Below are positions 46,197 through 61,400 of a stretch of DNA of 64,000 bases, piece after piece. The number at the start of each line of letters is the position of its first letter. Position 1 is the first letter of the stretch. The stretch is from Lingula anatina (taxonomy: Eukaryota > Animalia > Brachiopoda). The stretch spans positions 10,416,001 to 10,480,000 of the forward strand of contig CM120643.1 of the NCBI GenBank assembly GCA_051362555.1. The letters run 5' to 3'. The notes under the pieces were generated by a model. It was not told the origin of the DNA and did no database searches. It saw only the letters and a list, made by a program, of their open reading frames with translations. The position numbers were made by a program, and so were the translations under genes.

Positions 46197-49100
46197 CCAT
46201 TAAAAAGGTTCATATTGCAAAAATAGACGCGCCGAAAGTTGACATAAATGCCAGCAAAAAGTGGAAGGCCGCTGGATATCATGTTCGCTAGTTTTAACAA
46301 TGTGCGACATCGGGGATATTGGCTGGGACTGCGGCAGATCTGATTTGGTTTATTCGGCGTGCTTGACTCTGCCTCTGTATCGTATTCACACTGAGATAAT
46401 GTCTCAGTCAGTTCCCGATGGAACCAGACGCAGGGTGTTAATCTATAGAAGAAGCAGTATTCTAATACGTGATCGCCCTTGAATATAATTTTAGAATAAG
46501 TTAATGAAAGACATTACCTGTTTATACAGAATTGAAAATGAAATAACAAACAAATGAAAGGCTGCTTTCAGTCTATCAAAAAAGTTCAAAATTGTCAAAG
46601 ATAAGGGAGTGAATTTTTGTATCAAAGTAAAGTGAGTTTGAAATTGATAATATTATTTTATTTCATTTTTTTCATTTGACTTTATTATATCTCAGTTTAA
46701 AGTTATGACGATAATAAGGGATAATTGTAACATTTCTATTAGAATTTCAAATATATATGAAAAAAAAGATAAAAGTTAGAAGGTGAATACGTTTGGGAGG
46801 ATCTATAGATGTTTTTTTAAGGCAGAGGGTGTATATTTCTTGTATCAAAACAAAGTAGTGAGTTTTGAAATTGATAACCATTTCATTACTTTAATATGTG
46901 GTTTAAAACATTTTTAATGTATGGGATTTTGCATGGAGGCTCATAAAGGACAAGAGAAAGTAAATATGTTGAAAAAATAATGGAAATGGTGTTTGGATAA
47001 GACATTTTAAATGCATGGCTAAGGTGGTATTGAGATTGGGCTATGAAGGAAAATTATCAACAAATTATCAGTCTCGCGGATAATTTTTGGCCGCCACTTC
47101 CTCATTCATATTAAATACCATTTATAAAATATCAAACATACATTTTGATAAAATGTTTTGGCAGTTAATTATAAATTATACCATGTTGCATCATATGATT
47201 ATTCATGATTAATATTTAATAGGAACTAGGTGAACTAGTGATAGGGGTACTTGCATATCCATGATGAATATCTTTATATGGCGTGTTACAAAAGTTATCA
47301 AATAGGTAGTTAGGTGACTTTTTTTTTTTTTTTTTTTTTTCTATTTGCATGTCATTAAAATTTTACATCATTTGCATTTGCTTTTCTTTTACTTTCATAC
47401 AAATGTTACAAAAACAAAACGTCAGTGTATGACCAAGAGTATTATTTGCATTTCGTGTCAGTTGGTACATTAGTATGAATGCCTTAAGGTATTTTATGTT
47501 ATAATCTCATTTGTGTAATAGCATGCATAGTGGATGTACTAGTACACAAAGGAGCGTGTAAAATTATTCGAGCAGTTTGTTATATCAAATCACCGTCTGC
47601 AAGCTGTGAAATAAGCGATTATTAATTTTACTTAAATGCTAAATTCTTTTGTTAGCAGAAAATTTTTTGACGGCACATACGTCCTTGTATTATTATTATC
47701 GATATTTTGTTGGTTCACTGGCTTTCGTTTACAAAATCTAGAGAGCCAGTGTTATTGTCCGTCCGCAAAATGGCCATAGCCATAAAAAGTAAACACCTTA
47801 TTTAATACACGGCGTAGTATGAACGGTTTTAAGTGCATTATTCTTTCAACAATATGTATGACAAAAGCGCATGGTGCTTGTTCTAATAAGGAAAATTTTT
47901 GTCAAGCAGATGCTTTAACACACGCCAGTAAATGCTTTAGAAAGAGTGTCATAAAGAGTATCATAAAAAGAGAAATGCGTTTTAAGCAAGATCCGTGTAA
48001 GCGTTACATCACCAGAGCGGTTCAGGTAGCGATTATCAAAACACGTTTGTACCGAAATGCACTTTTATTAACAATATGATGTTTGGTATAATATTGCACT
48101 TAGCGTTCGTGCCTCAGGCAAATACTGAAGACATTGCTGGTCTGGTATGTTGCATGTACAGAGCTTGGAAGGTATGTGGTTTTCTATTTGATTATTTTCG
48201 TATTAACATATTTATTGAATGTAAGTGCGGACATATGAAGGTTATCACAAGAACGTGAGTCCCTATCAAGAAAAATGTATCAATGCTCTTTTTGCTTGAC
48301 TTTAGCTACATATTTTCATTTAAACACACATTTATGTTCACATTTTTTTGGTAATGATAAATTGTAGAATTTAAAAATAATTACGTATATTATTTAGTTT
48401 GTTCATTCATCAGAGAAACCCTCCCTCAATTCTCCATCTTAAAACTAAACAATATATTGTAATTTCGTAAAAATGATCAACGATTTACATTGATAGACGT
48501 CTCAAACTAGCTGGCGTGAAAGCCTTGAGAATCCAACCTGCATTCCTCCTTATAAATAAGCCATGCTATAGGCCAGCATAGGCCCTGACCTATGTGAACG
48601 CGTCCACCTGCCAAAGAAAGAGAAAAATTCCACATCGATGTGACAATTACACACTTGGTATCTAGGTTGCGCATGGTTGAATAATCGTGCAATATGTTAT
48701 ATAGTTTACGACACGGTCAGTCAGGGTTTTGAACGCACTAGCATATTTAGCTGTCGCTTCTGAGGAGAGAACGCATTTAGGAAGGTCGCATGTTCGTCTG
48801 TTAGTGAAGTAAAAATGAAAAAGAAAAAAAAAAACGCTTCAGCAGGGGACCAATTATACAGACATATTTTTGTGTTTTCATAGTAGGTATGGAAATATCT
48901 CAGAATTGCTTGCTGAGGGGCTGCATTTCATTTTTCTCTTATTCCATGAAAATGTCTCCCTTATTTTAAAAGGATGGTTTCATCATAGATTAAATAATAC
49001 ATTTTTAAATCTTAAAAGAGATCTTTGGGAAGAAGATGTACTTGAGGAGAAAGACGCCTCATTTTATTTTGATAGAATCAAAGACTTCTATGGCTAAATT

Positions 49101-52100
49101 GTCGTTGTTTATACCAAACGATCAAAATCCTCCCAAAATTTACTTTAGAGCAACAAAAAATTTTCTTGCCATTGTATTAAAGTATCTCAAACCCTGTTTT
49201 ATTTTCATAAATTATTCCGTGGGTATTTTGAAAAAAAATGTATAGCAAAATCTAAGTTGGGCTTTGCAATAAACAGTTTACTTCAGTCAGATGCTGGCAG
49301 CCTACAAAACGCCTTATTTTAGGTAAAATCTACACCTGCAGACCTATGTTTAGTACGGGAAATTATGAGCAAGGAATGGACAAAGAGTACAGCTCAAGTT
49401 TTGACGTTTATTAGGTAAATCAAGCACTTTATTGAAGTTTCAGAGATAAATAGCCTTTTTGCACCAACTGAATTGAAAATGAGTAATACGTATTTTTCAA
49501 CTGCATTGCTTATTCGGAAGGAGGGCTTTTTGTTACAAAGACATGATCCTAATTAGGCCATATTTTACTCATATGAGCTCTGTATAGAACTGGTGTTTAT
49601 GACGACCAAAGAATACGCAAAGCAAAGAAAGAAAGCTGAAAATTCATCGACGTATAACGATACAATGTTGCAATATTGTGAGTTCGCTTGCGACGAGGAT
49701 TTATTAAAATTCTCTGATGCATTAAAACATTTGGACATGTCCCTTTCATGCAGCATATGAAATCTCTCTATATATAGAAGAGTCGTTGGTTTTAGAGCGC
49801 ACAAACAGCAGGTGTGGGAAAACGCATTATCAGAAAAAGTGATGAACTCTGAAATTTTAAAAGGAAAGGGTGGAATGGTTGCGGAGCTGGGGCATAGAGG
49901 TGAGAAATGGAGAAGCTACCAGACAGAAAAGAATTCTCTCAAAAATGCCTTATTATTCACCACCTCACGATTTGTCAATTGTTATAAGCCCAACTTTAAT
50001 TCTCCTTTGACAGTTTTTAGATTATTTGTCATTGGGGTGTGGACGGGAGTTTTACGCATTTAAAACGAGGGCTTCTTATTCACGTTATTGTGCGTTCCCG
50101 TATGACCGCCTATAGCTGAGCTATCAATAAAAATCTCACTCAAAAGAGGTCGAAGTATCGGCAATATTTGCGCAGCTTTATAATGATATTTTACCATTAA
50201 ACCATTCAAAGCGTTCAGGGGCGTAAAAAACCTCCACGCCAGATTAAGCATAAAGAGCGGTGAAAACAACCCTTAACAATGCACAAGTCTCACCTGAACG
50301 CTGGAATGTACATTGTCAGAGCACCATTCAACGCTGTCAACATGCGTCAGCGTGAGTTTTATCCGTAGCGAGGCAAATCTTAATTTTGGAGGAGTTTCTG
50401 TATGTATTTGAGAAAGACCACAAATGGCGATGAAAAATTGCACTTGCGGCACTGACAGCGACGCCACAGGCTCGGCTATTTTTTTCTCTCCTACAGGTGA
50501 GAAAGCTTTCAACTAACACCGCCATAATTGTATGTATATGTATAATCTCGCCTTTGAAAACACCTTTAGATTTGTAAGGTGTTTGTTAAGTTAAAAACCA
50601 CGCGCCTCATCGAATTTCGGGTCGTAAAATTTCATGGGCAATTAATGGCTCTTAGCGTAACAGGCTGAGAATAAAAAACGGAAAATATTTTTTGGGAATT
50701 GATTTTTGCTCCGGTGTTAAATTTCTACGCCCGACAGAGCTTACAAGGCAACAATCTCTTCCTGCGTCGTAGAGGGTAGTAGTGTTTTTTACAAAGTTTT
50801 TTGTCTAAATGCCCACACACATTCTGTTGTAATCTCCACTGTCTCGATTTTTTTTCATTCACAAACTGTATTTGTAACGTAGTTAAAAAAAGAGTACCTA
50901 TTAACGGTGACTCTTGGTTTTTCAGGCATAGAAAAAAACTAGTTGTAAATTATAGAGACGCCCTCAAATCAACCGCCAATATCTATGAACGCCCTAATTT
51001 TGTCTCGCGTTACACCTACATCGTTTTTTTTTTTCTTTTTTTTTTCAGAAAATCCAATGTCGTGAACCGGCACTGTCAGCGTTCTGCAGGTGCGGTATAC
51101 GTCTATTGCAAGAACGGAGGAGTAAAAGGGGTGATTGGTTACATAAAATTTGGTTATCCATCCTTAAGATTTCACACGATCTACCTCGATATAAGGATAG
51201 TATAATACGGTTGAATAGGCCGAGCGGAAAGTACAATATCCCCTTTCGCAGTCACTCACATTGCCTGGGGCGGCCCAAAACGTTCAAATCTAGGTGCTGA
51301 TGGATTCAAAAATAGACAGAGGAAGAATAAATAATCCGCCTTGTTCTTCGCAGGAACGACTTACCACCTTGCCCTCGTTGCACTGTAAATAATGGTTAGT
51401 GTGTAACTTTCAGTATTTCAGCCTTCAGAAACGGTTGTGATGCTAATCGCACGCGAATAACTCACATGGAAGATGCCTTGTAATTTAGTGAAACGGCCGA
51501 GAAGGATAGAAGGCCGGCAATAGCTGGCGAAGCCGACAGATATCACGGTCACATTTAACCAATGGTTGTCTGTAAAGAAGACTATAGTAGTGGGCTGTGA
51601 AGTGTAGTGAAAAAAACAAAGTCGTATTTGATTTACGTTGGTTTTGAATGAATTCTATTTTTACCACTTGCATCGATGATAGAGACGATTTCTTGCGTGT
51701 CCGCTGAAAACAAGCTATTGATACGGTGCGCAGTGTGTGCGTTTTGGAATTTTTCTTCTGCTGTGATAAAAGACGCACGGTGGCGTTAAATATGCATTCT
51801 CTCTGGATCATTAAAAGTCAAGGTGTGCGCATGCTGCTTATAAAGCGCCTCTGATGCTCGGCTCTGTCTCGTGGGCTGAAAACTCTCCAAATAGACACTC
51901 CGGGGTCAGGGCAATTTTTTTTCAGAAGGGACAACAATCAGCGACTTCATGTCAACGTTCAAACGACATTGTAGATCATTGTTGAAGAAAATTCCTCCCA
52001 CGACTGGGTAAAATTTAGAATCAATCGATGCAGTTGATTTGTTAAAGAGAGACCGACCGGTGAAGCGACCGACCTTGCTCTTGCGAATATACGCTCGGAT

Positions 52101-52427
52101 TGGTGGAAGAATCTAGCTCCCTGTGGTGAGGGGATATAATAACCGCGGATTGACTCCCTGTATCATCGCATCCACTACGCTGATCAAACTTACCTCTATA
52201 CTTATACATAGATGGACATAAGACTAGTGCAAAGCTTACGACTAAGCTGAAAACGGTAATACACCAATGCAAGAAAACTTAAGAGATTTTATTTGAGATT
52301 TTATCTTTTATTACCCTTGCAAGATCAGGATTTAATTTGGGAATTTTGAGAAAAATCAGATTTTCCACATAGCTGCCGAGTCATTGGAGTGATAATCTTC
52401 TTAGAGAAAAAGAAAAGTGGGTTCATT

Positions 52428-54621
52428 ATGCGGTCATCTTGGAACAGTGTTACATGGACATGTCTGGTCTTGATGAGCTTGACCATTGGTCAGGTGGATT
52501 CGGGCTACTACGCAGGTGCTCATTTTTCCTATCGTCCCGCAAGTGCTAATGGACTCGGAAATGCGGTGAGTGCAATTATGTTTAGAAATATCAATCTCAG
52601 CCCTATAAGTAAACGATTTCTTTGAGCTGTTGAATTGCAGTGTTGTTACGACCACGTGTTATGCACAGCTTTTGGAATAAATCTCATTGAAAATTTCAGA
52701 TTAAAACATCGAGACCCCCCCCCCTCCCAATAAAATGCTCAGCTACGACTACGATAGAACTATAAATCCGTAACTCGTTGTGTGCATTTTTACGTGGATT
52801 GAATCAATTTTACTTGGATTGAAGAATATCTGAAAATTTATGCAGCCCTATACACGTGCTACATAACAGTAGGTCGGTCTCATTAAACGGAGTTGCGAAT
52901 GAAGGGAATATGAAGACAGTGAATTTACGCATGTTTTCTTTGTAGTTGTTAACTGATCAGAGTTTTGGTAAATACACAGGTTAAATCATTTTATGCAATT
53001 TTTTCCTCTCTCTCTTTATTCGCTTCGTACTTTAATTATTTCAAATCAATCAACGAATACACCTAAGGCTCAGTGATATTAATAAATACTTAAAGATAAT
53101 TCCCCTAACCTTAGACTGTACAAAAGACAATTGACTAGGTGAATGAACCCAGACAAAATTCACATACCAGAACGACCTTAGCTATATCCTACCATAGAAG
53201 TAGAGATCCTATGTAGGCCTGTAGCGTGAACTGAACACGAGCTAAGGTCGAGTATTTGACCGTTTACATTGTAGCAGTGTTCACCAATATAATGTCTGTA
53301 CGTTGCTGCGACGTATGAGATGCGCTACCCGTTCTAACTCCGTCCACCCTCTTCTTGTGAACTCACCCGCGTTTAAAGACCACTAGTGCCCAGTGACTCT
53401 GTCTGGTGTGTCCACTAAAACGTAAAGTGACCAGTGGACACGCGAGCGTGAGCAAGTGTCCGATGACAAATATTTTTCTCGAACACCTGAACTAAACAAT
53501 AAGTATAGAAAAGGTGATCGATGTCGTTTTAGAGTTGTTGGACGTTACTGAAATGGCTGAATGGCTTCGCGAGGCCAAAGCAGCTAGACGGTGAGAAGGG
53601 GAAAAACCTAGAGCTGTATGCATGTCACGCACGTACCTAGGATTAAGGGTTTCTGTCAACCGACCTAAATCTTATTTTACTGACACTCAATTCCGAACGA
53701 CAGATTCTACATTTTTTCTATTGAAATCTGTTTACAACACAGACCAACATAGACCGTTCATTTCTTCGTTAAAATTGTTATGGTCATCACTTGATGAGTG
53801 TCCGTTATTTTTTAACGAGTTAGTTTATCCACAGTATGTAAAAATGTAAATAAACCTAAGTAACATGTCAAACTCTCAGTCTCACTGTTTCGCCTTAACT
53901 CTGTTCATTCACTATTTTCACCTGAGCACAGCTGTACTTAGTTATTATATTACACTGTGATCATTTGAAAAACATCCATAAAAGCTGCATTTACATTTGT
54001 GGATAGTTTAAAACATGTATTACCCATAATTTTCTTTCATTGAGGTTTTGAATTACACATTCCATATATATTTATTTTTTTTACAATGAAGTTGATATGA
54101 GCTGGGGCGTACTTGAGTACGTCAAGTGCCTGATCACAGCAGTTTTTTTCCAGTTGGTTAAATATTGATTATATATATTATTATTATTTCCTAAACCCTA
54201 TATGCGTTTACGACAAGTGCGTTGAAAGTGTCACGTTTGGACTCTCCGGCGAATAGCTGTCAAATAGGAGTTAGGCTGAAATTAATGAAATGGTTTTGTG
54301 CCAGGCAAAATTATACAAGTGGCCTGCGATGTTGGCGGCGGTGGCAGTGCCGCTCACCCCTAGGAGTGAGTTCATAATCGTACCCTTTGATCTCAGGGAC
54401 CTTAAAAATAATATATATAATTAAAGTATTGGCTACAATAGTTAATCTATTGTTCTAGCTGGTGCACATTATCTCCACTAACTCCACTTACTTTTAAGAC
54501 GTAGGCTATTATGCCACGAAAATCTACAAAGTAAAGAAGATGAAGCAAAAATGGCATTTACTTAAAAAGACGAACGTTGTCTGTCTGTCTGTCTGTCTGT
54601 TTGTCATACCTCCGTGCCCAA

Positions 54622-54661
<40 letters not shown>

Positions 54662-57600
54662 CAAGCACAGAGACACTAATACTGGAATGAGCCCTCGCTA
54701 GAAGAGCCCAGTAAAATAAAATAGTATTAAATACCAGTAGAAGTTAAGGCCTGATAAACTCATTCCGATAACATCGCCCCTGTTCTTAATACTCTTTGAT
54801 CTGCGGTATCTGAGGACGTAACGCCGTGGCTCTCGATTACATGTACTTATTTTATTAAAAGATAGTCCAGGGCCGTTTTCACAAAAAGACTTAAGCCCGA
54901 ATTTTGGTTGAAACTTTCGGACCAAAAACTTGGTCTATTTTGGTTCAAAGTAAATCCACAGAAGCCCGTTGAAATAAAGGAAGTGTCGTTCTGAAACATT
55001 AGTCAAGTCTGTCTCGTTATAAAACAGGTGCACTATTTCATTTAAAAAAGGACGACTAGTGATTTATCCCAAGTCAAAGTAGACTAAAACATATAGATCT
55101 AAAAGTTTAGACCAATCATCGGGCTGATGTTCTTTTGTGAAACGGATCCCATGTCGTAACTCGATCTTGCGATGACAAATAGCGTAATGCATCGGCAAGT
55201 CAGGTAACGTAGGAGCTGTTACGCCAGGCAATGGCTCACGAAATTGAAAGAAAACGGAAGAATGCAGACTTGAAATGAAGTTTGAAATTCCCTTGTACTT
55301 ACACAATGATCTGAGTTGATGTAAAGACGGTTAATACCTTGAAGACGACGTCGGGTCTTCCCCATACGCGGTTATGTCAGTTTGCATTTGAAGGAGACAG
55401 AGGAGAGAGGGGACGCATTGTAAGGCAACATATAGGGCCCAATTAAGACATATGTTTTTTCACATCCAAACCGCATCAAACTCATTTAAAAAAAAAAAAA
55501 AAACCGCATTGCGTTTACTTGACTATAAAATATCAAGCCAAACGCGTACTTTAAATGAGGTGTGTTTGAGGTATAAAACTATGGCCTTCCGTAATAATAA
55601 TAAAAAAAAAAAGAACCGGGTGAACCATTTACTACCATACAAATATCCACCAGCCTCAAATCCAAGTTTCAATCGCTTGTGCCCTTGCTGTGCTGAGAAT
55701 ATAATCATAAGAAAATATCTACGTTGAAATTACCTTACATGCCTTTGGGTTCAGTCACGCAGGTAAAGATGATCATGAAACAAAACATAAACGATTTCCG
55801 ACACCTTCTTACGACGTCGTAGTAATTATACAGTCGTCATCCCAGCAGAAGACCACCTGAAGTTGTACCTATTACTAACAACCCACTCAACAAGCCTATC
55901 ATGAAGTTGATTTGCAACATTTGATAAAAAAAAACAAAAACAAAAAAAGACTGCACAATTTTGTAAATAATTACTGGAGTCTAACAACGGACATCCATTT
56001 GACTATAAAATATGGTGGTAGATTGAAGTTTACCTGTTGGTAAAAACTTAAATGCCCAAACGTTTTAGTTTGTGTTCTTCTGCTGAGGGATAATTTCATT
56101 TTTAATAGTTATTTCGAATTTTCCGAGATCGAGGATTTCTATACACATTAATTTGGGTTTATTTTTATTGTATCTAAAAGTTATCTATAGTTTTTCGAGA
56201 ACGTGTATTCTGGTACATGTAACTAGGAGCATGATCTTGCGGCGTTTGACGCTTTTTGGTGTATTCAACATTGTCATATTTAGTTTGCCGACAAGGAATG
56301 TAAGAACCTGATCGAGAGCTAAGAGACACTTTCTTTTGTATCTAAAAAGTTATTTCTAACTTATTTGTAGACAAATTATTCTAAGACTTTTCTCTGTGGG
56401 TGGGAAGTTTTTCTTTTTTATTTGCAATAGTTATTTTTAGTTTTCCGAGTATTCTAAGAATAAGACTGCGCTGGAAGACATTCTATTGTATCTTCACTTT
56501 ATTTCTAGTTTTACAAGATGTTAGTGCAATACTTTACATTGCGGGAGATTTTCTATTGTATCAAAAATAGTCACTTTCATTCGAATTTTACAGTCTGTGC
56601 GCAAGTTGGTGGCGGCAAGAACAATCGTCATTTCTTTTTATCTTTAAAACGCAAAATATGAATACTAATAATGTGTAGATGAATCGACAACAAGTCTGTT
56701 AGCATAGAATTTATTGGTAAGAGGTGAAAAAATCTGCTGAAAATGCCGTTTCTAAAATAATTTTAGATAATAGACTGTATTTGTTTTAAAAAAAGTAAGT
56801 GCTCTTTCAAACAAAATCTGAGATGAGTTTCTTCTTAGAGTGAAATAAATCTCTTTACAAGCGTAGGCGCCCTTGTGGCAAATATTATCTTAGGAATATC
56901 CTGTGACGTCACTAGACAAAAGTTATTGTAGGCAATAAAAGTTTGATAATTCCAAGTTCGAGTTCATAGAAACTGCACTTGCGGTGCATCTGTTTTTTAC
57001 CAGGGACTTTGTTTTAGCAAGTGGGTTCCTGGAAAAACGTCGCCAGACTGCTTAGAGAGACAATGCTCAACCCAGACTACTTGTAACCTATTTAAAGTTC
57101 ACGTATAAAAAGACGGAATTGTTTTCTGGTTCGTGTCATTATCAGAGCTCAACTTTCTATGGCTTTTCACTCGCTGCTTCCAGGAACGTAAACTGTTCTG
57201 TCTCTGTTTCTTTCCACACGGAATTGACGCTTACACGGTTCGGTGAACGCGATGTGATTCTTTAATTTACATATTTGACATTTCTGTTCAGCCGCCTTAG
57301 AAGCTTTTACGGAAGGAAGCTTACAATATGACTCAGCAATCCAAATATTGATAGTGTTGATAACGACGTAATTAGACGTGAATTCCCGTTTGTGTGCCAA
57401 TGATGAGTGAACATTGCCTCTTAGAAGTGCGTCACTTTAGCCTCTTCTTGGCGATCCTTAATTATCAAAATACACCGTGACATTGGTTTATCAGCTCACA
57501 GACGTGTGGAATGGTATTTGTGAGTTAAGGTCGCAGACTATTGCTCTCCAAGCAAACAGCGATAGTAATGATATCGTAACAGGGGCATTATCATTGCTTT

Positions 57601-58414
57601 GCGCGATTTGGCATCGCCCATCAAGCATGAAAAAGCAGTTCGCCCGATTAGGTCGGAGTCGGATTTTCATCACCGAGACACTGCTTTATGTACATGTACT
57701 ATGTTTCAATACAGAATGCGTTGTACGCGAGGGCGAAATATTTCTATTCGTTTTATTTTATATGTCTGATGTCAAAGGTGAAAAGGCAATGTAAAAAAAA
57801 AAAAAAAGATAAGTCTGCTACGCCCTGAAAATAAACCGTGAGAAGATATGGTTGAAAAAGTCGCCTTATTTCATTGGCGCAGCCATCTTTAAATATGGAA
57901 ACTATCAAATTTTCAATAATTTTCGTGTGGAAAACTACCTCTGACTTCAGAGATTTAGACACAATTGTTTTAAAATCGACATCATTACAGGCAAATATTA
58001 CCAACCCAAGCAAAAAAAGACTTTGTAACATTTGTAACAATCTGATCGGCTCACATGAGAGAAAAATGCTCAGGTATAGATAATTTGATATACTCTTTTT
58101 TTCCGCGGCAACAAAATTAATCTTCATGTTATATAAATTTTGTCACCGAACTCGCTCTTTTTGATATGAAATCAACCTCAATATCTTTGATAACTAGAAA
58201 TAGTTTGCGGGTTTTTAACAAGGACCATTTGCTTGCAAATACTATTAGTAACAATAATAATAATAAGAAGAAGAAGAAACAAACAAACAAAAAAGAAGAA
58301 AAGAAACGTGATGAGAACCTTTTTGTTTTGCCCTAAGACCGCAATTTTTGGCGACTTCTGTTATCTACCTAGGTTGGAGGACATTATTACCACATATATT
58401 ATCTCTTGGGACAG

Positions 58415-58457
<43 letters not shown>

Positions 58458-61400
58458 TTATCAAAATAACAACAATATCAAAATGTGATCGGCAAACGTT
58501 TTGTAGACGACAGTTATTAATAAAACTTTAAGACGTACGTACACTCGGCTTACGCAGATCACGTGACATTCATTTTGTTCTTTCATCCGATGTTATTGGT
58601 ATGCATAACCGATGTTCTAAATAGCCCCTTCTGCGCGAAGCGCCATTTGTTGAGAAATAATGAGAAAAAAATTCGATTCGTTCCGTCCTTACTTGGGAGT
58701 TCTCCTAATTATGGCCTTTTCAGATATGCCTGCTATACTATTGGAAACAGGTGTGTTGCCGAATGAAATGCGATAAGTACCTTGGCTCAAAGCACCACGT
58801 TTTTGTCCTCACTCGAGGTCCCCCCACTACCAAAAATCAATGCCACACAGATAAGCCGTCAAAAGGCCCGTCATGCGGAAAAAGCCAACGCAAGTGAAGT
58901 GAAAACTCATGAGTGAAGTGAAAAAGCCACCAGCGAGTGACTTTTAGGTTAGGTCACGCAGTGAGGGTGTCGAAATATCGGAACCGTTCGCACGCGCCAA
59001 TTTGTGTCACGCCCTTTGCCCCCTCGACGAACCGTACTACGCGCGTGGTTGCACATCGTCGATGGGGACCCAATGAGGCAGGAATATTGATATCAAATAT
59101 TAATATGTGCACTACTTTGAAGTTAGAGGAAAGTTTGACAACAAAACAGCAGGTGTTTCGATGGAAAGTCTTTAGTGAGATTCAATTTTGAAAACGACTG
59201 GGTTTTTGTACTTAATCTACCCGATTGCAATTGAAAGCATACAGATGTTGCCATTGACTTTATACGCCGACCTTAATCCTTTATTCGAGAATTTGTGGAT
59301 ATGTTAGACGAATCTAGATTTGTCATTTATTGTTATTGTTATTATACTCTGAAATATGATGTTACGGTGACGTAGGGACCCAAATTAAGATGGTTTCGTG
59401 GGTGTTAAATTGTATAGAAAAATCTTCAATATATAAAAAGGAAAGAGACTACAAAGGGAAAAAACGGGGGAAAATCAGTGATAAAATATAGAAATATTTT
59501 ATCATATATTCTGCCTGACAGAAAAAACTGTACAAAGCAGTAGTAATTTTGTCAAGCCATATCACAGAAAAATACGAAATCAAAATATTGAAAGATATAT
59601 TGTAAAATGTATACAGGTCCAGCGAACTTCATTTGCATGTAAGATTAAAACGTCTTGGCAAAGTAGGCAAATGTTGTAAGCGAAATATCCGACTAAAGAA
59701 TTTAAAGCCTCAATATGCGATTTGAAGTTTTGATGTTTTTGATATATCTTATGAAAATTAAATGTATCACGCACACGTTAAAAATGTCCTAAAGTTAATT
59801 TTTTTATCTTGGGAAGCATCTTGCCATTCTTTATTCTGATCTTTGAAAAAAAAAAAACAAAAAAAAAAAAAACGACGAGATCCTTTAAATAAATGTTTAT
59901 CTGAATCCTAACTGATGCTTTTAGTTCCTTCTGAACCTAAGAACACAGCAAAGGTCCAAGACTTGGCATCTCGCGACTTCACACGAAAATTTAAATTGTC
60001 GTAATGATACACGATACAGGCCCCGTTGTAAAACTTTTCGGTCTTTTTTTTATGAAGTGAAACAACCAGGTCATGTCCAGTAGTGTCTTGTAAAATAACA
60101 GGGGGCCAGCCGTGGTCCAAATATAAGTGATAACATTTGGTAGTAATTTATCTAATTAGAAATGGTATAAAAATTTCCTTTTTCTTCATACAAATAATTT
60201 TTAAAAACTTTTAAAAAGGTTTTTAAAACTCTAAATATATCTGAATTATCTGAATCATTTTTGTAGCCGAAAGCAAAATTTAAACGATTTAATTCTTTCT
60301 ATTTATTTCTTGCATCCATCGTCTTTGATGGGCGATGGGCCATTTCAAAAACAAAGCAAGAATGTCATGTTACAGGTCTTAAGGGATTGATTACGATTGC
60401 GTGACAGGTTTGAAGAATTAATGGTCTTTAATCTGGTATCCAAAATAACCTGATACATGTAAGCTTAATTCTCGTGTCAATCACACGTCGTGCAGATACT
60501 TCAGACTAATGAAAAAAAAAGAAAAAAGAAAAGCGACCACATGACTCCAGAGGAACGAACAAAGGGAACAAAAGAACAAAAAAGAATCAGTATGCTTATC
60601 TGTTGTCACTCTATATTTTAATGAACACGTCTCCGGTTTGTCATGACATAACAAAACAAAACACAACACACTAAAATGTTGTAGACTTAATAAAAAAGGC
60701 TAAGAAAAAAGCATTGAAATCGCTGTCAACACCGTAGAGTAATCGGATGACTTGTTTGTTTTCTGCCTGTCGAATCAACTACACATGGGCAGGTAATCTA
60801 CTATGACTACGTACGTAAACAATTACTTGTCTAAAATTCAAAAATAACCCGCTCTTTTATCTGAAAACCATGTAACATAATCATCTAAGTAATGAAATTA
60901 CTACCCAATTACATTTTCACACGAATTGAAAGCGCAATGAGGTCTTTTAATGATCGTAGTGAAGCAGATTACTAACAAAAGTAGTGAGACTCGAAAGGGT
61001 GTTGCTGAGCAACTGAAAAGTACTTAAGTCAAAAGTTGGCCACAAGATAAAAAAATGGAGACCTCCTTTGCCAGGATTAAGACGGCCCATTATCATTTTA
61101 TAAAATTAAAATTATGAAAAAAAATTCAAATTTTTTTTTTGTATAAAATAATTAAAACTTTATAAGTTATTAGACAACTATTGGTTTTAATTCTCAGTGT
61201 GTAATGCTAACTAGAATAAAAGACTCAAAAATTGTTGTTCGTGAAGTTAGGACCTTCTTTTAACTTAAGCTATTGTTGTAGAGGGTTCCTGGTTGTTTAC
61301 GCGATGTCCCAACTGCAAGTTTTTATAATTTACAATTTACACGCAGATGTCAAACAGAAGTGTTATGCTCTATTGAACATTTACAAGATGGTTGGTAAAT

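Noticed and set aside
45923-46300. 125-aa minus-strand ORF over the orphan island
   Set aside because: Non-ATG start in the track and no supporting signals noticed on that strand; the + strand ORF has the better context.
47770-48171. AAAATGGCC...|GTAAAC and a CAG|...AAG|GTATGT segment as exons of another gene
   Set aside because: Joining them gives an immediate stop and no family is recognisable; at most non-coding exons.
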